From the human T2T-CHM13v2.0 reference genome, Homo sapiens, in assembly GCF_009914755.1 (NCBI RefSeq), contig NC_060946.1: a stretch of DNA of 64,000 bases, one strand, 5' to 3'. This document shows positions 18,517 through 31,500 of this stretch, piece by piece. A program made the translations under genes and the position numbers. Below the pieces are notes generated by a model. That model saw only the letters and a list, made by a program, of their open reading frames with translations, was not told the origin of the DNA and did not search any database. Each line of letters opens with the position of its first letter. Positions within the stretch are counted from its first letter, which is position 1.

Positions 18517-18811
18517 GGCTGGGCGCAGTGGCTCACGTCTGTGATCCCAGCGCTTTGGGAGGCTGAGGCAGGCAAATCACAAGGTCAACAGATCGGGACC
18601 ATCCTGGCCAACATGGTGAAACCTCATCTCTACTAAAAAAAATACAAAAATTAGCTGGGCATGGTGGCACGTGCCTGTAGTCCCAGTTACTTGGGAGGCT
18701 GAGGCAGGAGAATCACTTGGACCTGGGAGGCAGAGGTTGCATGAGCCGAGACTGTGCCACTGTACTCCAGCCTGATAACAGAGAGATACTCCATCTCAAA
18801 ACAAAACAAAA
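18517..18811 (+). mobile_element. Full-length Alu (AluSc-like) with TSD
   Basis: 'ggctgggcgcagtggctcacg...atcacaaggtcaacagatcgggaccatcctggcc...' with an (AAAAC)n tail; TSD 'cccagattctg' on both sides. Confidence 0.95.
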
Positions 18812-18850
18812 CCCCAGATTCTGAACTGACTCTCACAATAAGGATCTCAA

Positions 18851-20644
18851 TTGCTTCAAAGAGAATAAAATACCTAGAAATCCAACTTACAAGGGATGTG
18901 AAGGACCACTTCAAGGAGAACTACAAACCACTGCTCAATGAAATAAGATACAAACAAATGTAAGAACCTTCCATGCTCATGGGTAGGAAGAATCAATATT
19001 GTGAAAATGGCCATACTGCCCAAGGTAATTTATAGATTCAATGCCATCCCCATCAAGCTACCAATGACTTTCTTCACAGAATTGGAAAAAACTACTTTAA
19101 ACTTCATACGGAACCAAAAAAGAGCCTGGATTGCCAAGTCAATCCTAAGCCAAGAGAACAAAGCTGGAGGTACCACGCTGCCTGACTTCAAACTATACTA
19201 CAAGGTTACAGTGACCAAAACAGCATGGTACTGGTACCAAAAGAGAGATAGAGGCCAATGGAACAGAACATAGCCCTCAGAAATAATGCCACATGTCTAC
19301 AGCTATCTGATCGTTGACAAACCTGACAGAAACAAGAACTAGGGAAAGGATTCCCTATTTAATAAATGGTGCTGGGAAAACTAGCTAGCCATATGGTTCC
19401 CTTCCTTACACCTTACACCTTATACAAAAATTAATTCAAGATGGATTAAAGATTTACATGTTAGACCTAAAACCATAAAAACCCTGGAACAAAACTAGGC
19501 AATACCATTCAGGACATAGGCATGGGCAGGGACTTCATGTCTAAAACACCAAAAGCAATGGCAACAAAAGCCAAAATTGACAAATGGGATCTAATTAAAC
19601 TAAAGAGCTTCTGCACAGCAAAAGAAACCACCATCAGAGTGAACAGGCAGCCTACAGAATGGGAGAAAAGTTTTGCAATCTACTCACCTGACAAAGGGCA
19701 AATATCCAGCATCTACAATGAACTCCAACAAATTTACAAGAAAAAAGCAACCCCATCAAAAAGTGGGAGAAGGATATGAACAGACACTTCTCAAAAGAAG
19801 ACATTTATGCAGCCAAAAAACACATGAAAAAATGCTCACCATCACTGCCTATCAGAGAAATGCAAATCAAAACGACAATGAGATACCATCTCCCACCAGT
19901 TAGAATGGCAGTCATTAAAATGTCAGGAGACAACAGGTACTGGAGAGGATGTGGAGAAATAGGAACACTTTTACACTGTTGATGGGACTGTAAACTAGTT
20001 CAAACATCGTGAAAGTCGGTGTGGGGATTCCTCAGGGATCTAGAACTAGAAATACCATTTGACCCAGCCATCCCATTACTGGGTATATACCCAAAGGATT
20101 ATAAATCATGCTGCTCTAAAAACACATGCACACGTATGTTTATTGTGACACTATTCACAATAGCAAAGACTTGGAGCCAACCCAAATGTCCAACAATGAT
20201 AGACTGGATTAAGAAAATGTGGCACATATACACCATGGAATCCTATGCAGCCATAAAAAATGATGAGTTCATGTCCTTTGTAGGGACATGGATGAAGCTG
20301 GAAACCATCATTCTCAGCAAACTATCACAAGGACAAAAACCAAACACCACATGTTCTCACTCATAGGTGGGAATTGAACAATGAGAACACATGGACACAG
20401 GAAGGGTAACATCACACAATGGGGACTGTTGTGGGGTGGGGGGAGGGGGGAGGAATTGCATTAGAAGATATACCTAATGTTAAATGATGAGTTAATGGGT
20501 GCAGCACAACAACATGGCACATGTATACATATGTAACAAACCTGCACGTTCTGCACATGTACCCTAAAACTTAATGTATAATAATGATAATTAAAAAAGG
20601 AAATGAAAACATATGTCCACACACACACAAAAAAAAGAAAAAAA
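18851..20644 (+). mobile_element. 5'-truncated L1PA4-like element (~1.75 kb) with short 3' transduction and TSD
   Basis: ORF2 C-terminal fragments in the ORF track and a 3'UTR ending ~20598. TSD 'taaggatctcaa' at 18839-18850 and 20646-20657. An extra 30 bp plus a second A-tail precede the right TSD. Confidence 0.95.
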
Positions 20645-22274
20645 CTAAGGATCTCAAAGAGGTCAATATGTATATAATCTATTCTTAAAGAAAAATTTTC
20701 TCCAATTGTTTATTGAAATATCACACAGGCTCTGACTTTGTTTATATCCTTAAAAAGTATGTAGATTTATTTGTAGCTTTTGTAAAGTGAAAGCTCAGAA
20801 TGTCTACTCTGTTCTGGTACCACTTTAGTTTAATTGTTGGAAAATATTTAATAAAAATGAATTACTCAACAAATGGAAAATTTGAATTTGCATACTAAAT
20901 TTTTACTTCATATTATCAACTCTTGAAAAATAAGTGTGTATATTAGAAATGACACTCATTTGACTATACCATAATATATTTCAGACTTTTTGTCTTCAGC
21001 TACAGAATTTCTCCATCCTTTGAATTATGTTAGCGGGCTTTAGTTGGCCAGTATTGGTGATTCGCCTCCACTAATTCACAACTCTATTATTTTACCCCTG
21101 GGGATGCATTTCCATAGTTCTGCCTTGTTATGAGTGTCATTTTTTTCTTCTGTTTTGTTGACTGCCATTCAAATAGTTTTGGCTTTATCAGAGATTTTCA
21201 CTTTATTGTTTGTCACCCCCTCATTTTTTTAGCTTCTCATAATTTACTGTATTATATCTGCCTGGGCTTTTGGTTCCTTTACAGATGTGTTTCACTTTAT
21301 TTTTAGCTTATGATACTTCTAAAGTCTGTACCCTTTTAATTTTCACTTGCTTCATCGTCACATTCTTGTGTGTTGTTTTCATTTCAAAATACAAGAAAGT
21401 AGGATGTCTCAGCATCTTGGTGAGTGGAATAGTTTATTTATAATCCAAAAAAACTCCATACTTTTTGTGAGCTATCTGCTTCTAAGTAAAAATTTTATAT
21501 ATAAATTCTTGAAAAAAAATCTTAAACTTCTAAGGGATTGAATGAGATTTTAAAAAACATTCTATACAACAATGGGTGCAAAATTTGTATTCCTCTACTC
21601 AAGAGAAATAATGAACATTTGTTATTAGTTTACTAACATCTAAATGTTAGTGTATTCAATTATATATTATTAAAACACGATTAAGCTTAATAGGTGGAAA
21701 AGTATAAAACAAACAAGTGTATAATTTACCTTTATTAATATGAAACATCTTTTTCTCTCCTGAAAATAAAGATTAACCAGTGGTGTGCTGGGGCGGGAGG
21801 GGGTGTGTTGGAGGAAGAAAAGGTATGATTTGCCAATTTCAGCACAAAACTGAAAATGCTTATTAACCTTTACTAGCTCCAGATATCTTTTAACATATAT
21901 TGAAATTTATGACCCTTAAAAAGAAAACATATATAGAGATTTTGACAAAACTTTGCAGTTCCACTCATGGATCCTTGTATAAGAATCCCTTTTATATGTG
22001 TGTTTGCAATTTAAAGAGTTCAGACTTTATGATTCACAGGTGACAATTAATGATTTAAAATCAACACTTAGGCTTTTATAATTTGGGAGTCGGGTGTTTA
22101 ACTGCTGTAGTATAACTGCTTCTTCTCAGAGAAACTTAGGAACTAAGACCAGGGAAATGTCCCTTGGTGTGCAACACACCTCTTCTTTCTGAACATGTCG
22201 TATAAGAAGCTAACTTTGTCTCAAAGTTTATATGACTTTTGCATTTGCAGTTACTAGCTATTTTCTTTTGGAAC

Positions 22275-22982
22275 TGTAGGACTTGGAGAACTTTCCCTCT
22301 ACCCTCTGAAGGTATGATAACTGAGTCTATGAAATAAATGGATAACAGGCATGTCAAAAGAAGAAAAGGTATACACATTTATTACACGCATGGGGGAATC
22401 ACAGGAAAGAAAAGTGGAATCAAAAACAAAACAAAACAAAACAAACAAAACACCACCAAGAAAAAACCCCAGTGAGATTTAGGAGCATATAGGGAAGGCA
22501 GGAGGAAGAATGTAGGAAACTTAGGGGAGAGCAAATGACTTTTGGGAAAGATGACCAGACCCTTAGGAGAATAGATGATAGTTTGTGGCAGTCTGTCTTG
22601 GTGTGGTATGGACCCTTAGTCTTGTCTCCTGTGATATAAGGAGTCAATTTTCCCTGGCTGATGAAACTCCTAGGAAGGAGATGAATGTCTTTGTGCTCAC
22701 AAGACAGTATCTTGAAGCTTTGTTTTCCAGTTCAGTTCTAAATCTTCAGTGTATAAAAATCTCCTCATCATGCTTTGGATGTTATGGTAGATAAATGGTA
22801 TCTTTACAAAGATACATTCATTCTGGTATTGAAAGTTCCTTTTGGAGGATCTCTCTTGAGGAACGTAAAGGGAGTGCAGAGAAAGCATGTCCCGCATTTG
22901 TTGTTTTTCAAATATTTTCAGTTCAATGTAATCAGTACACCAAAGTAATCCATTCAGGACTGGCATTTCCTGAACACCTTCA
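22275..22982 (-). mobile_element. Solo LTR, ERV1 class (MER34/MER39/LTR48-like), with 4-bp TSD
   Basis: TG...CA termini ('tgtaggac...' and '...tggcatttcctgaacaccttca') flanked by GAAC on both sides (22271-22274 and 22983-22986). Antisense polyA signal 'tttatt' near 22378. Confidence 0.8.
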
Positions 22983-23586
22983 GAACTCTTTTTGATCCCA
23001 TGTTATTTCTATGAGATCACGTGATTTAAGACCAACTTTTACTTGCCACTTACACATATATTGAAAAGGCAAACTTTCCTTTCATAGTTTGCTAATTTTG
23101 GCAAAGTACTTTAACAAAAGTTAAATTAAATGAGTAAGTGAAATTTTCTGTTCTATTGTTTTGAAAACAATTCTAGAAGCTGTCCTTGTAAGAACAGCAA
23201 AAAGAGAAAAAGATAATTCTCAACTGCTGCTTCAACCATTCTTTGCTTAACAATGAATCTAATTAAAAGGCAAAACTCTCTATTTCAGGTTTATATGTGT
23301 CAATTGCTTGATTAGAAAGTAAATTATTTACCACATATAATCTGGTGTCAAAAAACTTATAATAAAATTACTTTGATTTTATTGCATATAAGTTTGTGAA
23401 TTTAAATCTCAACTGACAGTGATGAATTTATTTGCTTTGTGCTGACAAGGCAGTATCTTGAAGTTTTGTTTTCCAACTCAGTTCTAAATCTACAGTGTAT
23501 CAAAATCTCCTCGTTATGCTTTGGGTGTTATGGTACATAAATGGTATCTTCACAAAGATACATTCATTCTGGTACTGAAAGTGCCT
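22689..23586 (+). repeat. Dispersed 152-bp direct duplication (22689-22840 and 23435-23586)
   Basis: Ungapped alignment by eye, offset 746 bp, about 14 mismatches (~91% identity). Confidence 0.95.
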
Positions 23587-24914
23587 ACTTAAAATTCTGC
23601 ATGAACAGTTTTATTGAAAAAATATGTAGACAAGCCATTAATTATACACAGTGATTTGGAACAAATTCTTACAAGAAGCATAGCGTGTCTTCCATTAACT
23701 GTATACAATTTATAAAAAGTTACTGAAAGTCTTCCTGAAGTTAAACAATAAATCTTTTAAATTTAACCACTGTGCTCCCTCAAAGGTAATTTTTTCTTTA
23801 TGACACTCACTTAGGGGATACAGTCAGATCTCAGCCTACTTTAAACAATTAGGCAGTATTTTTAGTGCACTTTTCTGTTTGTTAAAAAGCTAGTTGTCAA
23901 GAATAAGTTGCTCATATATCTTCCTCAATTACTTTTTATTTTGTTTTGTAATTATTATTCTATTTTGGTTTTCCTTTAGAATTGTGAAATATCTTGCATC
24001 AGAAATTGCAGAGAATATATAAATGAGTAAGAATGCACTCTGCAATCAAACTAGATCTCGAAAGTGTTTTGTTGTAGTTTATACCTTGAATTCGAAGGCC
24101 ATTCTATACAAGACACTTGAAAAATTTTCAAGCTCATATATTTCATAATAGTACAGAATTTATTGTTCTTTTATTTGCAAGGAGATAGACCAGATAAAAT
24201 GTCACTTTATTTTTTACAATGTTGACTTTGATATTCTAAACTTGTCAGTTTATACAGATTAATGAAGACTCCATACATGTAAAATTCACTATATATTTTT
24301 TTCTGGTATGAGAGTCTAAACAAATAGTAACAACATACCCAAACAGGTAAAGTAAAAATATACAATAGCTTGACAAAAAAAAAGAAGAAAAAATAAACCC
24401 CTATACATTCCTTAACATTTAAATCTTTGAGGACCAAATTGGATTCAAAAGAAACATTTCTGGTGGGCAGGGAAAGGGCTAAAAATCTAAAGTATATAAT
24501 AAGTAAATTCCTCATTGGTATAAAATATATGACCAGCATGACATTTCAATACATGTTCAAGTTTTCTGAAAAAAGTTCTAGGATAATAGGATTTCAACTT
24601 TTGATTCTACAGATATCATTCTTGTGATTGGTATGGGAGAATCATCCTCTTCATGTATTAGTGGATTCAAATGAAAAAAAATCAGGCAGCTAGTTCCTTT
24701 CCAAGAAGCCTTAGAGATTGTTGTACATAAAAATAGCCATATTTCTGATTCAAATTTTAATTAGAGAATTCTCTTTATTCCCTCTTCGGCATAAAATTAT
24801 GCACTGGCACTCTGCTCTGCAGACAAGTAAAACTTCTTATCTGTCATAATTTGAGATACCCAAGACTCAGAAGATATTATCTCCTAGCTGAAAGTCCCCA
24901 AAAACTTCTCAAGA

Positions 24915-25173
24915 CAAAAAAAAACAAAAAGTTAAATACACAGAGATAGAGTATAAAACAGTGGTTACCAGGGGCTGGGGGTGAGAAGAGAAAATGGAGA
25001 GAGAGAATTCAAAGGATGCAAAGTTGCAGATATGTAGAATTAACAAGTTGAGGGATCTAATGTACAACATGAGGACTGTAGGTATTAATATTTATTGTAT
25101 ATGGCATTTAACTAAAAGGGTAGTTTGTAGGTACTCTTTCCTCACACACATATCCAAAAGAAAGGTAACTGAG
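24915..25173 (+). mobile_element. Old L1M (L1MC-like) 3'-region fragment
   Basis: 'gtggttaccaggggctgggg...caaaggatgcaaagttgcagatatgtag...gatctaatgtacaacatgaggact...aaaggtaact' is typical of L1MC-type 3'UTRs. Confidence 0.7.
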
Positions 25174-25519
25174 ATTTTCAAAGGGAATGCTTCCAGGTTT
25201 TGCCCATTCAGTATGATATTGGCTGTGGGTTTGACATAAATAGCTCTTATTATTTTGAGATACATCCCATCAATATCTAATTTATTGAGAGTTTTTAGCA
25301 CGAAGGTTGTTGAATTTTGTCAAAGGGCTTTTCTGCATCTATTGAGATAATCATGTAGTTTTTGACGTTGGTTCTGTTTGTATGATGGATTATGTGTATT
25401 GATTTGTGTATGTTGAACCAGCCTTGCATCCCAGGGATGCAGCCCATTTGATCATGGTGGATAAGCTTTTTGATTTGCTGCTGGATTCGGTTTGGTAGTA
25501 TTTTATTGAGGATTTCGCA
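25174..25519 (-). mobile_element. Internal L1PA ORF2 (RT region) fragment with no 3' end or tail, abutting satellite III
   Basis: Homologous to ~4574-4920 of the full-length L1. Encodes [20 protein letters not shown] and [26 protein letters not shown]. Confidence 0.93.
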
Positions 25520-28500
25520 TTCCAATCCACTCCACTCCACTCCATTCTATTCCATTCCATTCCATTCCATTCCATTCCATTCCATTCCATTCCATTCCAT
25601 CTCATTCCATTCCATTCCATTCCATTCCATCTCATTCCATTCCATTCCCTTCCACTCAACTCCACTACATTCCACTCTACTCCAGTCCACTACACTCCAT
25701 TCTATTCCATTCCATTTCATTCCAATCCATTCCATTCCATTCTTTTATTTCGTCAGGAACTCACTCCGTCACCCAGGCTGGAGTGCAGTGGCACAATGTC
25801 AGCCCACATTTCATTTCAACGTGCCATTCGATTCCATTCCATTCCATTCCATTCCATTCCACACCACTCCACGAAACTCCACTCTACTCCACTCCACTGC
25901 ATTCCTTTCCATTACATCCCATTCCATTCCTCTTCATTCCACTATACTCCACTACACTCCACTCTACTCCACCCCACTCCACCCCACTCCATTCCATTCC
26001 ACTCTAATCTGTTCCATTCCTTTCTTTCGATAGGATCTCACCTGTCAACCAGGATGGAGTGCAGTGGCACAATCTCAGCTCACATTTCATTTAACCATTC
26101 TATTCCATTCTATTCCATTCCATTCAACTACACTCCTCTCCACTCCACTCCACTCCATTCCATTTGAATCCAATCCACTCAACTCCTTTCCATCCCATCC
26201 CATTCCATTCCACTCCACTCCATTCCACTTCACTCCATTCCATTCCACTCCATCCCATCCCATTCCATTCCACTCCATTTCACTCCACTCCAATCCACTG
26301 CATTCTACGCCGTTCCATTCCACACCATTCCATTCTATTCCTTTCTGTCGACAAGATCTCACTCTGTCACCCAGGATGGATTGCAGTGTCATAATCTCAG
26401 CTATCATTTGATTTCATGATTCCTTTCCATTCCATTCCATTCCATTCCATTCCATTCCATCCCTTCCCATTCCACTCCATTCCACTCCACTCCTCTCCAT
26501 TACATTCCATTCCATTCCACTCCACTCCAATCCACTACATTCCACTCCACTCCACTCCATTCCATCCCATTGAATTCCACTCAATTCCACTCCACTCCAC
26601 TCCACACCACTTCTCTCCAATCAATTCCATTCCACTCCACCCCACTCCATTCCACTCGACTCCACTCAAATCCAGTCCACTCCACTCCACTCCACCACAC
26701 TCCATTCCATTTCATTCCACTCCATTCCATTCCATTCCTTTCTATTCCTTTCTTTCGACAGGATCTCAATCTGTCACCCAGGCTGGCGCGGAGTGGCACT
26801 ATCTCAGCTCACATTTAATTTCACCATTACATTCCATTGCATTCCATTCCATTATATTCCATTCAATTCCATTCCATCCCATTTCATTCCAGTCCTATGC
26901 ACTCCACTCCACTCCACTGCACTCCATTCCATTCCACTCAATTCCATTCAATTCCATTCCACGCCACTCCAATCCACTCCACTCCATTCCATTCCATTCC
27001 ACTATACTCCAATCCAATCCACTCCTCTCCACTCCACTCCACTGCATTCCATTCCATTCCATTCCATTCCATTCCATTCCATTCCATTCCATTCCATTCC
27101 ATTCCATTCCTCTCCTATAAATTCCATTCCTTTCCTTCGACAGGATCTCACTTTGTCACCCAGGCTGGAGTGCAGTGGCACAGTCTCAGCTCATATTTCA
27201 TTTCATCATTCCATTCAATACCATTCCATTCCTTTCCATTCCATTCTATTCCATTACACTAAAATCCACTCTGCTCCACTCCACTCCATTCCATTGTATT
27301 CCATTCCATTCCACTCTACTCCACTCCTCTCCAACCCAATCCACTCCACTCCATCCCATTCCATCCAATTCCATTACATTCCACCCCTCGTCCCTCCATT
27401 CCACTCCCCTCCACTTCATACCATTTGATTCCATCCCATTCCATTCCATTCCACTCCACTCCACTCCGCTCCGCTTGGCTCCACTCCATTATATTCCAAT
27501 CTATTCCATTCCATTCCTTACATTCGATCGGATCTCACTCTGTCACCCAGTCTGGAGTGCAGTGGCAGAATCTCAGTTCACATTTCATTTCACCATTCCA
27601 TTCCATTCCATTCCATTCCATTCCATTCCATTCCACTCCACTCCACTCCACTCCATTCCATTCCATTCCATTCCACTGCATTTCACTCCATGCCACTCCA
27701 CTCACTGCACTCCATTCCATTCCACTCCATCCCATTGCATTCCACTCCATTCCACTCCACACCACTCCACTCCACTTAGCTTCACTACACTCCATTCCAT
27801 TCCATTTCTTTCTTTTGACAGCATCTCACCCTGTCAACCAGACTGGCAGACAGTGGCACAAACTCAGTTCACGTTTCATTTCATGTCACCACTCCATTCC
27901 ATTCTATTCCATTGCCTTCAATTCCATTGCATTCCACTGCATTCCATTCCATTCCACTCCACTCCATTCCACTCTACTCCACTCCAATCCACCTCATTCC
28001 ATTATGCTGCATTCCACTCCAATCCACTCCACTCCATTCCATTCCATTCCATTATAATTCAATCCCCTACATTCCATTAATTTCTTTTGACAGTATCTCA
28101 TGCTGTCACATAGGCTGGAGTGCAGTGGCACTATCTCAGCTCACATTTAATTTCACAATTCCATTCCATTCCATTCCATTGCATTCCATTGCATTCCATT
28201 CCATTGCATTCCATTGCATTCCATTCCATTGCAATCCATTCCATTCAATTCCATTCCAAACCATTCCATTCCATTCCTGTGAACTCCAATCCACTCCACT
28301 CCACTGCATTCCATTCCATTCCATTCCATTCCATTCCACTCCTTTCCATTCCATTCCTTTCCTTCAACACAATCTCACTTTGTCACCCAGGCTGGAGTGC
28401 AGTGGCACAATCTCAGCTCATATTTCATTTCATCATTCCATTCTATACCATTCCATTCCTTTCCATTCCATTCTACTCCATTACACTCCAATTCACTCTA

Positions 28501-31500
28501 CTCCACTCCACTCCATTCCATTGCATTCCGTTCCATTCCAGTCTACTCCACTCCTCTCCACCCCACTCCACTCCACTCCATCCCATTCAATCCAGTTCCA
28601 TTCCATTCCATTCCTCATCCCTCCACTCCACTCCACTACCCTCCACTTCATACCATCCAATTCCATCCCATTCCATTCCATTCCGCTCCACTCCACTCCA
28701 CTCCGCTCCACTCTGCTCTGCTCTGCTCCACTCCACTCCACTCCATTTCATTCCACTGTATTCCATTCCATTCCTTACGTTCGACAGGATCTCACTCTGT
28801 CACCCAGTCTGGAGTGCAGTGGCAGAATCTCAGCTCACATTTCATTTCACTATTCCATTCCATTGCATTCCATTCCATTCCATTCCATTCCCCTCCACCC
28901 CTCTCCACTGCACTCCACTCCACTCCATTCCATTACATTCCATTCCACTCAATTCCACTCCAGTCCACTCCATTCCATCCCACTCCATTCCACTCCACAC
29001 CATTCCATTCCATCCCACTCCATTCCACTCCACACCATTCCATTCCATTCCACTCCATTCCACTCCATTCTGCTCCACTCCACTCCACTCCACTGCACTC
29101 CATTCCATTAAATTCCATCCCATTCCATTCCACTCCACATCAATCCATGCATCTCCACTCCACTAAATTCCATTCCATACCATTCTTTCAACAGGATCTC
29201 ACTCTGTCATCCAGGCTGGCGTGCAGTGGCACAAACTCAGCTCACATTTCATTTAACCATTTAATTCCATTCCATTCCATTCCATTCCATTCCATTCCAT
29301 TCCATACCATTCCATTCCATTCTATTCCACTCTACTCCACTCCAATCCACTCCACTCCACTCCACTCCACTCCACTCCATGTCATTTCCATCCATCCCAT
29401 TCCATTCCACTCCATTCCACCCTACTCGACTCAAATTCACTCCACCCCACTCCACTACAAGCCATTCCATTCCATCCCATTTCATTCCACTCCATTCCAC
29501 TCGACTCCACTCCACTCCATTCAATTCCATCCCATTCTATTCCATTCCTTTCTTTCGACGGGATCTCACTGTGTCAAAAAACGCTGGAACACAGTGGAAC
29601 AATCTCAGCTCACATTTCATTTCACCATTCCTTTCCATTCCATTCCATTCCATTCCATTCCATTCCATTCCATTCCATTCCATTCCACTCCATTCCCCTC
29701 CACTCCACTCTACTCCCCTCCATTCCATTCCATTCCATTCCACTCCACTCTATTCCACTCCAATCCAGCAAATCCATTCCACCGCAATTCACTCCACTCC
29801 ACTCCACTCCACTCCATTCCATTCCATCCCATTCCATTTCACTCCATTCCTCTCCACTCAAATCCACTCCACTCCATTCCATTCCACTCCATCCCATTCC
29901 TTTCCACTTCATTACGCTCCATTCCACTCCACTCAACTCCATTCCATTCCATTCCATTCCATTCCATTCCATTCCATTCCATTCCATTCCATTCCATTCT
30001 AATTCATTCCCTTACATTATATTAATTTATTTCAACAGGATCTCACTCTGTCACAGAGGCTGGAGTGCAGTGGCACTATCTCAGCTCACATTTAATTTCA
30101 GAATTCCATTCCACTGCATTCCATTCCATTGCATTCCATGGCATTTCATTCCATTACATTCCATTCAATTCCATTCCATCCCATTCCAAGGCACGCCTGT
30201 GAACTCCACTCCACTGCATTCCATTCTAATCCATTCCATTCCATTCCACTCCACTCCACTCCACTCTACTCCACTCCATTCCATTCCATTCCATCCCATT
30301 CCATTCCACTCCATTCCAATATACTGCACTCCACTACACTCTATTCCATTCCATTGCATTCCAGTCCTTTCCATTCCATTCCTTTCTTTCAACAGGTTTT
30401 CACTCTGTCACCCATGCTGGAGTGCAGTGGCACAATCTCAGCTCATATTTCACTTCTTCATTCCATTCTATTCCATTCCATTGCTTTCCATTCCATTCAA
30501 TTCGATTCCACTACATTCCATTCCACTCCACTCCACTCCTCTTCATTCGACTCCACTCCATTCCATTCCATTAAATTCCACTCCATTCTACTCCATTCCT
30601 CTCCACCCAACTCCACTCCACTCCATTCAATTCCATCCAATTCCATACCACTCCACTCCTCTCCCCAACACTCCACTCCACTCCCCTCCACTTCATTCCA
30701 TTCGATTCCATCCCATTCCATTCCATTTGACTCCACTCCTCTCCACTCCATTCCACTCCATTCCATTCCTTTCGTTTCCCCTCCATTCCATTCCACTCCA
30801 CTCCACTCCATTCCATTCCATTCCATTCCACTCCATTCCGTTCCATTCCTCACATTCGACAGGATGTCTCTCGGTCACCCAGTCTGGAGTGCAGTGGCAG
30901 AATCTCAGCTTACATTTCATTTCACTATTCCATTCCATTCCATTCCATTTCATTCCATTCCACTCCATTCCATTCCATTCCACTGCACTCCACTCCACTC
31001 CATTCCATTCCATTCCATTCCACGCCAGTCCACCCTATTCCACTCCAATCCACTCCATTCCATTCCACTCCATTCCACTCCACACCACTCCACTACAATC
31101 AACTCCACTCCACTCCATTCCATTCCATTACTTTCTTTTGATAGCATCTCAACCTGTCAACAAGACTGGCGGGCAGTGGCACAAACTCAGCTCACATTTC
31201 ATTTCACCACTCCATTCCATTCTATTCCATTGCATTCCATTCTATTACATTCCACTGAATTCCATTCCATTCCACTCCACTCCATTCCACTCTACTGCAC
31301 TCCAGTCCATTCCACTCCACCTCACTCCATGGCATTCAATTCCATCCCATTCCATTTCACTAAATTTCACTCTACTCCACTCCAATCCACTCCTCTCTAC
31401 TCCACTCCATGCCATTCCTCTCCATCCCATTCCATTCCACTGCATTCCACTTGACTCCACTCCACTTCACTGCATTCCATTCCATACAATTCCACTCCAT

